Source of the DNA: Nanobdellati archaeon
Lineage (GTDB): Archaea; EX4484-52; WAPT01
Assembly: GCA_015520605.1 (NCBI GenBank)
Contig: WAPT01000002.1
Coordinates: 1 to 32,124 of the forward strand
DNA length: 32,124 nucleotides
Direction: 5' to 3'
Shown here: positions 18,696-27,429 of the stretch, in pieces
Layout of the letters: each line of letters starts with the position of its first letter
How positions within the stretch are numbered: the stretch's first letter is position 1
Notes under the pieces: model-generated
The model's database searches: none
What the model was told of the DNA's origin: nothing
The model's input: only the letters and a program-made list of their open reading frames with translations
Made by a program: the position numbers and the translations under genes

Positions 18696-19196
18696 ATGAA
18701 AAGCGACTCTTCCAAAAACGGCTTTGAGGCTGCAAAGGAATTCTTTGAGTCCAGGCGTGACCTTTACGGACTGCCGCCATTTGAAGAGATCGCGGTTCTT
18801 TTCGATGTCTCAAACCTGAGCAGACCCGCAAAGTTCATCTTCTATGAGATAGCACAGTGCATGGCCCAAACTGTCAACACCATGCTTGCACTGCTCGAAA
18901 GTCTCATCTCAGGCATGAGACTCGGATCGAGCTACGAGTATAAGATGCTCACTGTTGATGAGAGGGAAGCTCTCAAAAGAATGTGGTTCAAGCTGCAGAG
19001 TAAGATGTGGATGCTTCATCGCATCTCAACAACACTTGACGAGGAGGAGCTTTGCAGGGGAATAAGGGAGATATACGAGTTCTGGGTCAACGAGTTCATA
19101 CCATTTAGAAATGTTGTTTTTAAGAAGTTAGAAGAGAGGTGGGACGGTCAGAAAATAAGAAAAAGCGGACAGGAAAGCCTTGAGATTTACGAATAG
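18696..19196 (+). CDS. Hypothetical alpha-helical protein
   Basis: 166-aa ORF with genome-typical composition and a TATA-like TTTTAAA about 25 nt upstream. Confidence 0.75.
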   Translation: MKSDSSKNGFEAAKEFFESRRDLYGLPPFEEIAVLFDVSNLSRPAKFIFYEIAQCMAQTVNTMLALLESLISGMRLGSSYEYKMLTVDEREALKRMWFKLQSKMWMLHRISTTLDEEELCRGIREIYEFWVNEFIPFRNVVFKKLEERWDGQKIRKSGQESLEIYE

Positions 19197-19207
19197 CCAA
19201 ACTTTTT

Positions 19208-20236
19208 CTACGCAATTCTGAGGGTAACGAGAACCAGCAGAAGATACGTTATCAGCAGGATGATGAGGAGAGTTATCGCCCGCATATATTGCTTGGTTTC
19301 AACATTATGATAGAGTGCAAAGAAATTGAGCATGACCACAAATCTCAGGGCTTTGAGACAGAAAACGAGAACGTCCTTCCTGTTCATTCTTCCGCAGGCT
19401 TCATCGAAGTTGTACTTTATTTCAAGGGCTTTATCGACGAAATCCAGATCGATTAGCTTTCTGTAACTGAAGGTGAAAACAACGTCCAGCTCCGCGGAAT
19501 TAAGGAACTTTGCTTTCATCTCAACTTTTCTGTTCATCAACCTTTCCAGCGCTTTCTTGTTCCTTTCCACCCCAACTTTTACGGGCTTATCCATGAAGAG
19601 CAGCGCGGACTCGATGGAATAAAGGACGGCTTTGGACGAAAGCTTGAGGCAGAGCTTCGGGAAGAAAGGAGCGCCGATGGAACTCAGGAGGGTCATGTAA
19701 AACGGAACCATTATTGCCTTGAATTTCTCCAACAGAGTGGGCCTGACCCTTATAACCTTTCTTATATCCTTCCCATAGAGAATCTTTCCCTCCCTCTTCA
19801 TTTTCAAGAAGAGCATGGATTGTGATGCCACCAGCTTGGCTCCCAGCTTGAGGTCGTTCCTTTTTATCTCACCTCTCTCCCAATCCATATCCTCAGGTGC
19901 AAAGACCTCGAACGGTACGTAAAGCTTGGCTTTCTGCAGAGCTTTGTCCAGCTTGCTTTTTCCTGCTGTAGAGCAGACTTTATGGAAAAGGGTGCCGTGC
20001 TTCTCGTCAAGCTCCCAGAAAAGTTTTTCAGCGTAGCTTCTCACGGGCTCAACATACTTCTTGCTCTTAACTCCGATGATGAGATCGACATCACTCACAC
20101 CGCGCTTCCACTCCCCTCTTGCAGCGCTACCAAATAGAAGTATGAAATCTATCGCTTCGCCATGCTTTTTCACGAGTTCATCCACGAAATCCGAAAGGAA
20201 ACGCTCCACAAGTTTCTGATCCTTCCCAACTTCCAT
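19208..20236 (-). CDS. Pol-beta-superfamily nucleotidyltransferase domain protein with helical C-terminal domain and hydrophobic tail
   Basis: 'ILLFGSAARG...SDVDL' (hG[GS]...DhD) at the N-terminus; C-terminal 'ITLLIILLITYLLLVLV'. Confidence 0.8.
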   Translation of the reverse strand: MEVGKDQKLVERFLSDFVDELVKKHGEAIDFILLFGSAARGEWKRGVSDVDLIIGVKSKKYVEPVRSYAEKLFWELDEKHGTLFHKVCSTAGKSKLDKALQKAKLYVPFEVFAPEDMDWERGEIKRNDLKLGAKLVASQSMLFLKMKREGKILYGKDIRKVIRVRPTLLEKFKAIMVPFYMTLLSSIGAPFFPKLCLKLSSKAVLYSIESALLFMDKPVKVGVERNKKALERLMNRKVEMKAKFLNSAELDVVFTFSYRKLIDLDFVDKALEIKYNFDEACGRMNRKDVLVFCLKALRFVVMLNFFALYHNVETKQYMRAITLLIILLITYLLLVLVTLRIA

Positions 20237-20350
20237 GAAGATGTTAAACCACCAACCTCTATTTATTAATTTTTCCCGCTTTGATGGGATGGTTAGATAC
20301 ACACCACAGACGAAAAATTTATTAATGGTTATAGTATTGTAAATTAAAGC

Positions 20351-21109
20351 ATGCCTGGCAGGCTAGCCATAAAAAGAGTTAAATTCGGCATACCAAAACT
20401 TGACAGAGCCATGAATGGAGGTATACCCAAAGGGAGTGCCGTTGTTGTGTGCGGTCCCCCCGGATCGGGAAAGACGATACTATCACTTCAGTTTCTGGTC
20501 AACGGAGCGACAATGTTCAACGAGCCTGGAGTGTACGTCGCGCTGGAGGAAGTTAAAAAAGACATAATAGATCAGGCCGCCGTTTTTGGATGGGACATCG
20601 AAAACCTGGAAGAGGAAAACAAGTTGAATGTGGTGGAACTTAAAAGGGACGAGATCCCCCTGTTTGATGACAAGTTAAGCGAAATTAAAAAGGAGATCAA
20701 ACCCCAGAGGTTTGTGCTTGACTCCATAACATTTTACTATACTTACGCGCTTCTCCACACTTACACAAAGGAGTACGCAAGAGCCCAACAGGAGCTGTTG
20801 ATTCAGGACGGTGCGGAGATAACCCATCCCCTCGTGGCGAGAACCACCATCACAGAACTGATAAGGAAGCTTAAGTCCCTCGGTTTTACATCGCTCCTTA
20901 CCTCCGAAATCTCCGGATCTCAGCCGTATTACACGAGAGATCAGCTCTCCGAGTTCATAGCCGACGGCGTTGTGTTGATGGACTATCTTGAGTTCGGAGA
21001 GGATGAATTTCGCAGCATAAAAATAGTTAAGATGCGGAAAACGGGACATGAGGTGAAACACATACCTTTCGAGATAACCTCGAAAGGCATAGAAATACGG
21101 GAGCTGTGA
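20351..21109 (+). CDS. Single-domain KaiC/RAD55-like RecA-superfamily ATPase
   Basis: 'GIPKLD..MNGGIP', GPPGSGKT, 'LEE', 'FVLDS', 'ADGVV', 'KMR', 'PFEIT..GI'. Confidence 0.9.
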   Translation: MPGRLAIKRVKFGIPKLDRAMNGGIPKGSAVVVCGPPGSGKTILSLQFLVNGATMFNEPGVYVALEEVKKDIIDQAAVFGWDIENLEEENKLNVVELKRDEIPLFDDKLSEIKKEIKPQRFVLDSITFYYTYALLHTYTKEYARAQQELLIQDGAEITHPLVARTTITELIRKLKSLGFTSLLTSEISGSQPYYTRDQLSEFIADGVVLMDYLEFGEDEFRSIKIVKMRKTGHEVKHIPFEITSKGIEIREL

Positions 21110-21184
21110 GATGCAAGATAAAATTTTTAAAAAGTGATCAAAAATCATTCTCCTGAGCTACGGAGTTATTTAGCATGTCTCTGT

Positions 21185-21342
21185 GGGCCGGTGGTCTAGC
21201 CTGGAAGGACGTCGCCTTGGCACCGCACAGCCATAAGCTGGCTGCGCGCTAGAGTGGCGGAGGCCCCGGGTTCAAATGCCCGGAGTAAACTCATTTTGTA
21301 TTTTCGGCTGCTCCGTGGCTGAGAATCCCGGCCGGTCCACCA
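21185..21342 (+). tRNA. tRNA-Ala(GGC) with two BHB introns: 37/38 (21223-21254) and 59/60 (21277-21325)
   Basis: G3:U70 acceptor (GGGCCGG/CCGGTCC-A-CCA). Removing both inserts gives a normal cloverleaf, and each junction folds as bulge(3)-helix(4)-bulge(3). Confidence 0.92.
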
Positions 21343-21376
21343 AATATAAATTTTTTTCTTTCCATTCAACACAACA

Positions 21377-23152
21377 ATGACAACAAAACTCCCTCAGTTC
21401 TACGAAATAACCGAGATAAGGGATGAAACGCCAACCATAAAGACTTTCGTGTTTCTCGCTCCTGCCATAGCACAAAAAGCCCGGGCAGGTCAGTTTCTCA
21501 TGGTTCTCCTTCCAAATATAGATGAGATTCCGATAAGCGTGGCCTGTGCTGATTCGTCAAGTGGCATTATCGAGCTTGCTATAGCGAAGGTGGGAGATTG
21601 CACATCAAAAATTCATGAACTAAGGGAGGGAGATACGCTAGGATTGCGCGGCCCTTACGGCAATGGTTTTGATGTGTCTTACGAGCTTGAGTCAGCATGG
21701 CTCGTGGCTGGAGGGTGTGGAGCCGCTCCGCTGCGTTTTCTTGCAGAGGAGTTGAAGGAAAAAGGCGTACATGTCACGAGCTTTTTGGGAGCGAGAAGCA
21801 GGGAACATTTGCTCTATGTTGAACACTTCAGGAAAGTGGGAGAAGTAAGGATAGCCACGGATGACGGAAGCGCTGGGTTCAAAGGTTTCGTTACGGATTT
21901 ATTGAAAGAGGAGTTGCGAAAAGAAAAGCCTGATATGATATTCACCTGCGGTCCGGAGATAATGATGCGTAAAGTGTGTGAGATCGCAGCAGCTCAAAAC
22001 ATTCCGGTGCAGGCATCCATAGAAAGGATAGTTAAATGTGCAAGAGGGGCATGCGGTGCTTGCGACATATTTGGTTTCAGGGTGTGTAAAGATGGTCCTG
22101 TGTTTGATGGAAAATTCTTGCTAAAGACGGAATTCGGAAGGTGGAAGCGCGACAAAAGTGGGAAAAGGATTGCGATAGCTGGCAATGACATCTCATCGCC
22201 ACCGATTCCTCCATTGAAAATTGAGACGAATCCAAAGCTGAGCATGGAGCTATTTGGCATAAAGTTTGGCAATCCCTTCATGAACGCTGCAGGTTTCGGT
22301 GTTTCGGGCATGCTCCTCTATCGCTATGCCAGAAATGGAGCTGGGGCCGTGGTCACAAAGTCGGTGGGAAAAGATGAAAGAACAGGATTTCCCAACCCGA
22401 CTTTTGCTGAGCTGGATGACGGCACGTACGTCAATGCCATGGGTCTGCCCAACCCCGGCATAGATAATTACAAGCTCGACATAATAGATGCAAAGAAGGC
22501 TAACGTGCCCCTCATTGTGAGCATCTTCGGCCAAAACGAGGAGGAATGCATCTATGTTGCATCCAAAGCTATAGAATACGGCGCGGACATGATAGAGATA
22601 AACGTTTCATGTCCCCACACCGAGATATCCAGCGTGGAGAACGATCCGGAGCTTGTGAAGAGCATAACAAAAGCTGTGGTCGAGGTTGCTAAGAAGAACA
22701 GCATACCTGTGAGCGTCAAGATCTCGCCGAATTGCGATTACATTGCTGTTGCCAAAGCCGCTGAGGAAGGCGGAGCAAGCGCAATAACCGCTATAAACAC
22801 AAAACGCGCTAAACCCACAATAAGGATGGATGGGGAGGAAATCAAGCTGCTTGGCAATCCTACAGGTTACGGAGGAATGTCCGGAAGAAAGCACAAGGAA
22901 GTCGGTAAGAAAGTTGTCTATGAACTTTATGAAGAGCTGAATATTCCCATCATCGGAGTGGGAGGAATATTTGATGGGGGAGACGCTTTTGAATATGCTG
23001 CCTGCGGTGCTTCTCTCTTCCAGATAGGCAGTGCCATGGTTAACAGAGGAATAAGCGTTTTTGCCGCAATTCAGAAAGAGCTTGAGGAGGAGCTTGAAAA
23101 AAGAGGGTTTGAGAGGCTCGGGGAAGCTGTGGGAGCTTATCATAAAAGGTAA
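21377..23152 (+). CDS. Fused dihydroorotate dehydrogenase 1B: PyrK electron-transfer domain + PyrD catalytic domain
   Basis: N-half has 'GQFLM', 'RGPYGNGF', 'AGGCGAAP', 'CGP' and the 2Fe-2S motif 'CARGACGAC...VCKDGPVF'. C-half has 'NPFMNAAG', 'VTKS', 'NAMGLPNPG', 'EINVSCPH', 'AINT', 'GGMSG', 'IIGVGGI'. Confidence 0.93.
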   Translation: MTTKLPQFYEITEIRDETPTIKTFVFLAPAIAQKARAGQFLMVLLPNIDEIPISVACADSSSGIIELAIAKVGDCTSKIHELREGDTLGLRGPYGNGFDVSYELESAWLVAGGCGAAPLRFLAEELKEKGVHVTSFLGARSREHLLYVEHFRKVGEVRIATDDGSAGFKGFVTDLLKEELRKEKPDMIFTCGPEIMMRKVCEIAAAQNIPVQASIERIVKCARGACGACDIFGFRVCKDGPVFDGKFLLKTEFGRWKRDKSGKRIAIAGNDISSPPIPPLKIETNPKLSMELFGIKFGNPFMNAAGFGVSGMLLYRYARNGAGAVVTKSVGKDERTGFPNPTFAELDDGTYVNAMGLPNPGIDNYKLDIIDAKKANVPLIVSIFGQNEEECIYVASKAIEYGADMIEINVSCPHTEISSVENDPELVKSITKAVVEVAKKNSIPVSVKISPNCDYIAVAKAAEEGGASAITAINTKRAKPTIRMDGEEIKLLGNPTGYGGMSGRKHKEVGKKVVYELYEELNIPIIGVGGIFDGGDAFEYAACGASLFQIGSAMVNRGISVFAAIQKELEEELEKRGFERLGEAVGAYHKR

Positions 23153-24450
23153 TGGTTATGCGGGATATTGTTGTTGGGGGTAGGTTTGTTACACTTCACG
23201 GTATTAAGGAAGGGTACATAGGGATCGATGGTGATATAATTGCTGAAGTCTCCCTCAGCTGCATCAGAGGAAGGAACAGGATTAAAGTTGAGCACAGCTG
23301 CCTTATTTTCCCGGGCTTCATTGACATTCATGTGCATCTGAGAGAGGATGAAAGCGGGAAATGGACGCACAAAGAGGATTTCAAAACGGGAAGCATGGCA
23401 GCGCTGAACGGAGGCGTAACCAGAGTGGTTGATATGCCCAACACACCGGTAACAGGGACAACGAAAGAAAGAATAGAGAACAAAGTAAGATTGGCAAAGA
23501 AGGCAAAGATTCCGGTTCAGTTCTATGGGGGTGTGGCCACCGACAACATAAACGAGCTGAGCAGGATGAAGGGTTTGATTGTTGGTTACAAAGCGTTTCT
23601 ATGTAAAAGCACGGGAAACATGACCATAAATTATGAGATTCTGGAAAACGCTCTACAGGAGATAAGGAAAGTAGAGCTACCCATAACACTGCATTGTGAA
23701 GAGCAGAGTATGGTTGATGAGCTGCAGGAAAAATTCAAAAACTCGAAGTCGGGGGTGATGGCACATCCAGAAATAAGAGCCCCAGCAACAGAATACGTCT
23801 GCGTTGAGAAAACACTAAAGATTGCTGAGCGCTTTCCAGAAGTTCATTTCAATATAGGTCACGTTTCAACACCCGAAGCTATGGAAATGATACTTAAAGC
23901 TAAGGAATGCGGGATGAAGGTAAGCTGTGAAGTTACACCTCATCATTTGTTTTTCAACAAGAACGCTATGAAGAAGAAAGGAGCATATCTCAAAATGAAC
24001 CCTCCTCTAAGGGATGAGGAAAGACGTGCGAAGCTGATTAAAATGGTTAGAAGCGGGGCTGCGGATTTTCTTGCAAGCGATCACGCTCCCCACACCACGG
24101 AAGAAAAGGAAAGCGAAACTCCTCCCAGCGGTGTGCCTCAGCTCGATACCTACGGCTTGTTTGTAACGTGGCTCCTAAAGAAGGAAAAGTTTGATCCGGT
24201 TCTCATCCTTCGAATGTGTTCTTACAATCCAGCAAGATTTCTGGGGCTGGAGAACGAGGGAACATTAGAGGTGGGATGTGCGGCAAATCTAACCGTTCTG
24301 GATCTTAAACATGAGATAAAAGTAAAGAATGATATGATACGTTCGAAGTGCGGATGGACACCTTATGAAGGCACGGCATTCCCCGGATGCGTTAAGCATG
24401 TGATGCTCGGCGGTGAGGTCATCAGTAGCCATCATGAGCTTTTTCTATGA
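23152..24450 (+). CDS. pyrC: Dihydroorotase
   Basis: 'PGFIDIHVHLRE', 'DMPNT', 'HCE', 'HVST', 'CEVTPHHL', 'KMNPPLR', 'SDHAPH'; TAATG overlap with the pyrK-pyrD stop. Confidence 0.93.
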   Translation: MVMRDIVVGGRFVTLHGIKEGYIGIDGDIIAEVSLSCIRGRNRIKVEHSCLIFPGFIDIHVHLREDESGKWTHKEDFKTGSMAALNGGVTRVVDMPNTPVTGTTKERIENKVRLAKKAKIPVQFYGGVATDNINELSRMKGLIVGYKAFLCKSTGNMTINYEILENALQEIRKVELPITLHCEEQSMVDELQEKFKNSKSGVMAHPEIRAPATEYVCVEKTLKIAERFPEVHFNIGHVSTPEAMEMILKAKECGMKVSCEVTPHHLFFNKNAMKKKGAYLKMNPPLRDEERRAKLIKMVRSGAADFLASDHAPHTTEEKESETPPSGVPQLDTYGLFVTWLLKKEKFDPVLILRMCSYNPARFLGLENEGTLEVGCAANLTVLDLKHEIKVKNDMIRSKCGWTPYEGTAFPGCVKHVMLGGEVISSHHELFL

Positions 24451-24566
24451 CTTTTTCTCTGAACGGCTTTTGTCGATTCTCTTGGAAAAAACAGCATAAG
24501 GAGCGGAAAACCTTTATATAGTTGCGAGCACCTAAATAATCACAACAAGCGAAAGAGGTGGCATGA

Positions 24567-24863
24567 ATGGCCGGAAAGAAGAGGTACTTTGTTCTGTTGG
24601 ATGAAAACGGGAATGAAATAGGAGTCTTTACCGGAAGACAGCCAAGACAGGCAGCCCTGAAGGCAGCAACAAGAGGTTACACAACCATAAGGCTCAGGGA
24701 GAGGGGAACCAACAAGATCCATATCTACGAAGGAAGCAGGAAGAAGGTACCTGCCCCGCCAAATGCGCCTTCCTGGATGGGAAGCGAGGTGTGGAAGCCT
24801 GTTGTAAGGAAGATAGGAATCGAAAGGATAGAGAAGAAGGGCGCAAAGAAAAAGAAGAAATAA
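24567..24863 (+). CDS. Non-histone chromosomal protein MC1
   Basis: 'GVFTGRQPRQAALKAA.RG...IRLRERGT.K.H...G...P.WM...WKP.V.K'; GAGGTG SD. Confidence 0.93.
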   Translation: MAGKKRYFVLLDENGNEIGVFTGRQPRQAALKAATRGYTTIRLRERGTNKIHIYEGSRKKVPAPPNAPSWMGSEVWKPVVRKIGIERIEKKGAKKKKK

Positions 24864-24897
24864 ACGAGCTTTTGATGTTCTTTGCGCCCTTCTTCTC
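24831..24897. repeat. Perfect 20-bp inverted repeat spanning the MC1 stop codon, followed by a T-tract
   Basis: 24831-24850 GAGAAGAAGGGCGCAAAGAA versus 24878-24897 TTCTTTGCGCCCTTCTTCTC; the 27-nt loop contains the TAA stop. Confidence 0.92.
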
Positions 24898-24908
24898 CTT
24901 TTATTTTT

Positions 24909-26147
24909 TTATTTCTCCCACATAAGGATCGATGTCTGTTTTTCCGTCACCCTTTTTAGGAGAGTGCTGACAGCTCTGAGAGTTATATTTGCTTTCATCT
25001 GACTCTCAACAAATCTAACCGCGTTTTCCAAACTACTGAAAATAACTGGAGGTCTTCTCATCGCTTCTCTTACAGTCTCCCTGACGAGCCACACACCTAA
25101 TGGAGCCCAGTAGTCCGGGAGTATCTCCCTTACTACAAGTGCTGCAGCCTGTATCTCAAGCTTCTTCAGATGCTCGAGCACACCGAGCCTAGAAGCGTAA
25201 TAACCACCAGCAGTCTCCTCCACATAACTCTTGCGAGATGTAAAGTCCTCGTAATCCTTAGTTATGTAGTATTTTTTGCCAAAACCCTCCCACTTAGCTA
25301 TGGGGTGTGCAATCTCTATCAGCTCAAACTTCCAGCTTGATGGAAATAGCAGAACCCAAAAACGGTTACCGTTGTATTCCGCATAGTGCACCCTTGTAGA
25401 ATCCACAACATCATAATATCTTACCTCCCTTATTATCGCTCTTCCCAGGATGTCATCAACAGCCGTTATACTCCATCTTGTTGGCACGAGTTTCCTCTGC
25501 TTCTTCAGTCCGAGGAGTCCAGCAGAAAGCACCCTTGAAAGCACATTCTCCTCCACACCTCTACTGTAGAGCTCCACAACTGCATCGCTTGCTTTTAAAT
25601 CAAAATCGTATGCTGCCTTTTCCACCCTTCTATCAACGCGTGGGTTTTCAACAAGTCTAATGCATTTAAGCCTCCCTCTCAGACCAACCGGAGAAAAAAC
25701 ATAGGAAAAGTTGATCTCAACTTTCGGCTTCTTGCTGAACTCTACCTCAGTCGAGAAACTTCTTCTGGCCATCGCTGCTTCCTGCACAACCTCTATGATT
25801 CTGGGAGGGGATCTAACGCTCGCCTTGAATGCAGGATTTATCATGCTGAGGCGCTTTGCCAGAATTTCCTGGACACCCATACCGTGCTTGAACCACAGTT
25901 TCGGGCTATCATAAAAATAAGCAGCTTTCCTTCCTTCCTCTTCCTTCACGCCAAGGGTACCGACATTCACATAGGGGTAGTTGAATCTACCAACAAATAC
26001 AGATGGAGGAGTGACAAGCTCTTCCCTCTCCTTTACGGATGATGCCTTCTCCTTAAGCTTAAGCACTTCCACAAAATAGCATGGCTTTCCGCAGAGATTC
26101 TTACCCTTACACCGCACACAGAGGGAAGGGTTTATTATTTTGCCCAT
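24909..26147 (-). CDS. nreA: DNA repair protein Nre (PCNA-interacting)
   Basis: 'C..CKG..LCG..C', 'PPSVFVGR..YP.V.VG', 'RKLVPTRWSITAVD', 'GGYYA.RL.VLE.L', 'P.GVW.VRE.VR', C-terminal PIP-like 'QTSILMW'. Confidence 0.92.
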   Translation of the reverse strand: MGKIINPSLCVRCKGKNLCGKPCYFVEVLKLKEKASSVKEREELVTPPSVFVGRFNYPYVNVGTLGVKEEEGRKAAYFYDSPKLWFKHGMGVQEILAKRLSMINPAFKASVRSPPRIIEVVQEAAMARRSFSTEVEFSKKPKVEINFSYVFSPVGLRGRLKCIRLVENPRVDRRVEKAAYDFDLKASDAVVELYSRGVEENVLSRVLSAGLLGLKKQRKLVPTRWSITAVDDILGRAIIREVRYYDVVDSTRVHYAEYNGNRFWVLLFPSSWKFELIEIAHPIAKWEGFGKKYYITKDYEDFTSRKSYVEETAGGYYASRLGVLEHLKKLEIQAAALVVREILPDYWAPLGVWLVRETVREAMRRPPVIFSSLENAVRFVESQMKANITLRAVSTLLKRVTEKQTSILMWEK

Positions 26148-26203
26148 ACGGGTTGTGTTGTGCGCGTAACTTTTAATTTGATCAACAACCACATGACGTG
26201 TGT

Positions 26204-27370
26204 ATGATAAGTAAGGAAGACCATACCCTCATGACTCTCACAGTACTTTCCACTTACCTTCTTCTGGTGGAAGCTGCAGAGCGCATACTGTTCGTACTCT
26301 TTCCGTTTTACCTTGTGAATAGAGGTTTAAGTGCCATACAGATGGGGGTCATTTTCTCTGGAGCGTCGCTCTCTTTAGTTGTTTCCCGTTTTCTTATAGG
26401 CAAACTTTCCGATATAGTAGGTAGGAAGCCCATAATGAGTGTTGGGGCCTTGATGAGTAGTATTAGTGTTGTGCTTTATCCTTTTTGCGCCTCAGCAAAA
26501 CAATTTCTTCTTGCAAAGTCCGTAAAGGAAGTTGCGAACACCCTCACTTCCAGTGTGTTTGACGCCATTCAAGCTGATGAATTTGAGGGAGAAATGCGCA
26601 AAATGTATGTCAGGATTGTCGGTACGGTTTATCCGGCTGGCAGAGCGATAGGAGTGGTTGCAGGGTTTTTAATCTCAACTTACCTTACATACATCTATGG
26701 GTTTTACGTTGCAGCAGCGTTTTTATTGATGGCCACTGTTATCTTTACTCTGTTTTACCGTCCTAAAAGGAAAAAGCATGGAAAAAGCTATACTAACTTC
26801 GGAATTAAAGTATCCGTGCGCACCTGCAGGAAGGATTTCCTAGCTGCCTGTGTTGCGGTATTTACCGGAAGCGTTACCTTCACTCTTGTTTACTATCCTT
26901 CCTTCTTCATAAGGGCTAAGGAGCTCGGGCTTGACGCTCCTCATATTTTTGCTACGATGTTCGTTACGTACGCTGCTGCCTCGATTTTGATTCATGCGTG
27001 CAAAGAAAGAATAGAAAAAACTGAAAGTGGTCGGATCATGGTGGCGGGGCTTTTGATCATGGGCCTAATAACTCTTCTTTACACTTATGGTTCAGCGTTT
27101 GTTTTTATCTTAGCATTTTTCGGCATAGCCCTAACATATTATGTGTGGAGAATACATCTCAAAGACTATCTTTATTCCACAGCAGAACCGAACAGGAGAG
27201 GTGAGCGGCTCGGTTTTGTGAAAACGGTGGAAGGTGTTGGAGCTGTTCTCGGACCAATTCTGGGAGGCGTAATTGTTGAGGTCCTGAATGTTACCTGTCT
27301 TTTTCTCATAGCATTTATCATATATGCTGTAGGGGCTGTAATTACCAATATGCTTATGAGAAAACGATGA
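26204..27370 (+). CDS. MFS transporter
   Basis: About 12 TM segments, motif A 'GKLSDIVGRK', 'GPILGG'. Confidence 0.88.
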   Translation: MISKEDHTLMTLTVLSTYLLLVEAAERILFVLFPFYLVNRGLSAIQMGVIFSGASLSLVVSRFLIGKLSDIVGRKPIMSVGALMSSISVVLYPFCASAKQFLLAKSVKEVANTLTSSVFDAIQADEFEGEMRKMYVRIVGTVYPAGRAIGVVAGFLISTYLTYIYGFYVAAAFLLMATVIFTLFYRPKRKKHGKSYTNFGIKVSVRTCRKDFLAACVAVFTGSVTFTLVYYPSFFIRAKELGLDAPHIFATMFVTYAAASILIHACKERIEKTESGRIMVAGLLIMGLITLLYTYGSAFVFILAFFGIALTYYVWRIHLKDYLYSTAEPNRRGERLGFVKTVEGVGAVLGPILGGVIVEVLNVTCLFLIAFIIYAVGAVITNMLMRKR

Positions 27371-27429
27371 TGAAGTTGAGAGTATGTCCATCCAAAACTA
27401 TTTAAAATGCCACTGTTCTATTCTTACTT

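Noticed and set aside
20351-21109. Circadian clock KaiC
   Set aside because: Single domain, no Ser-Thr phosphosite pair, and no KaiA/B in the window.
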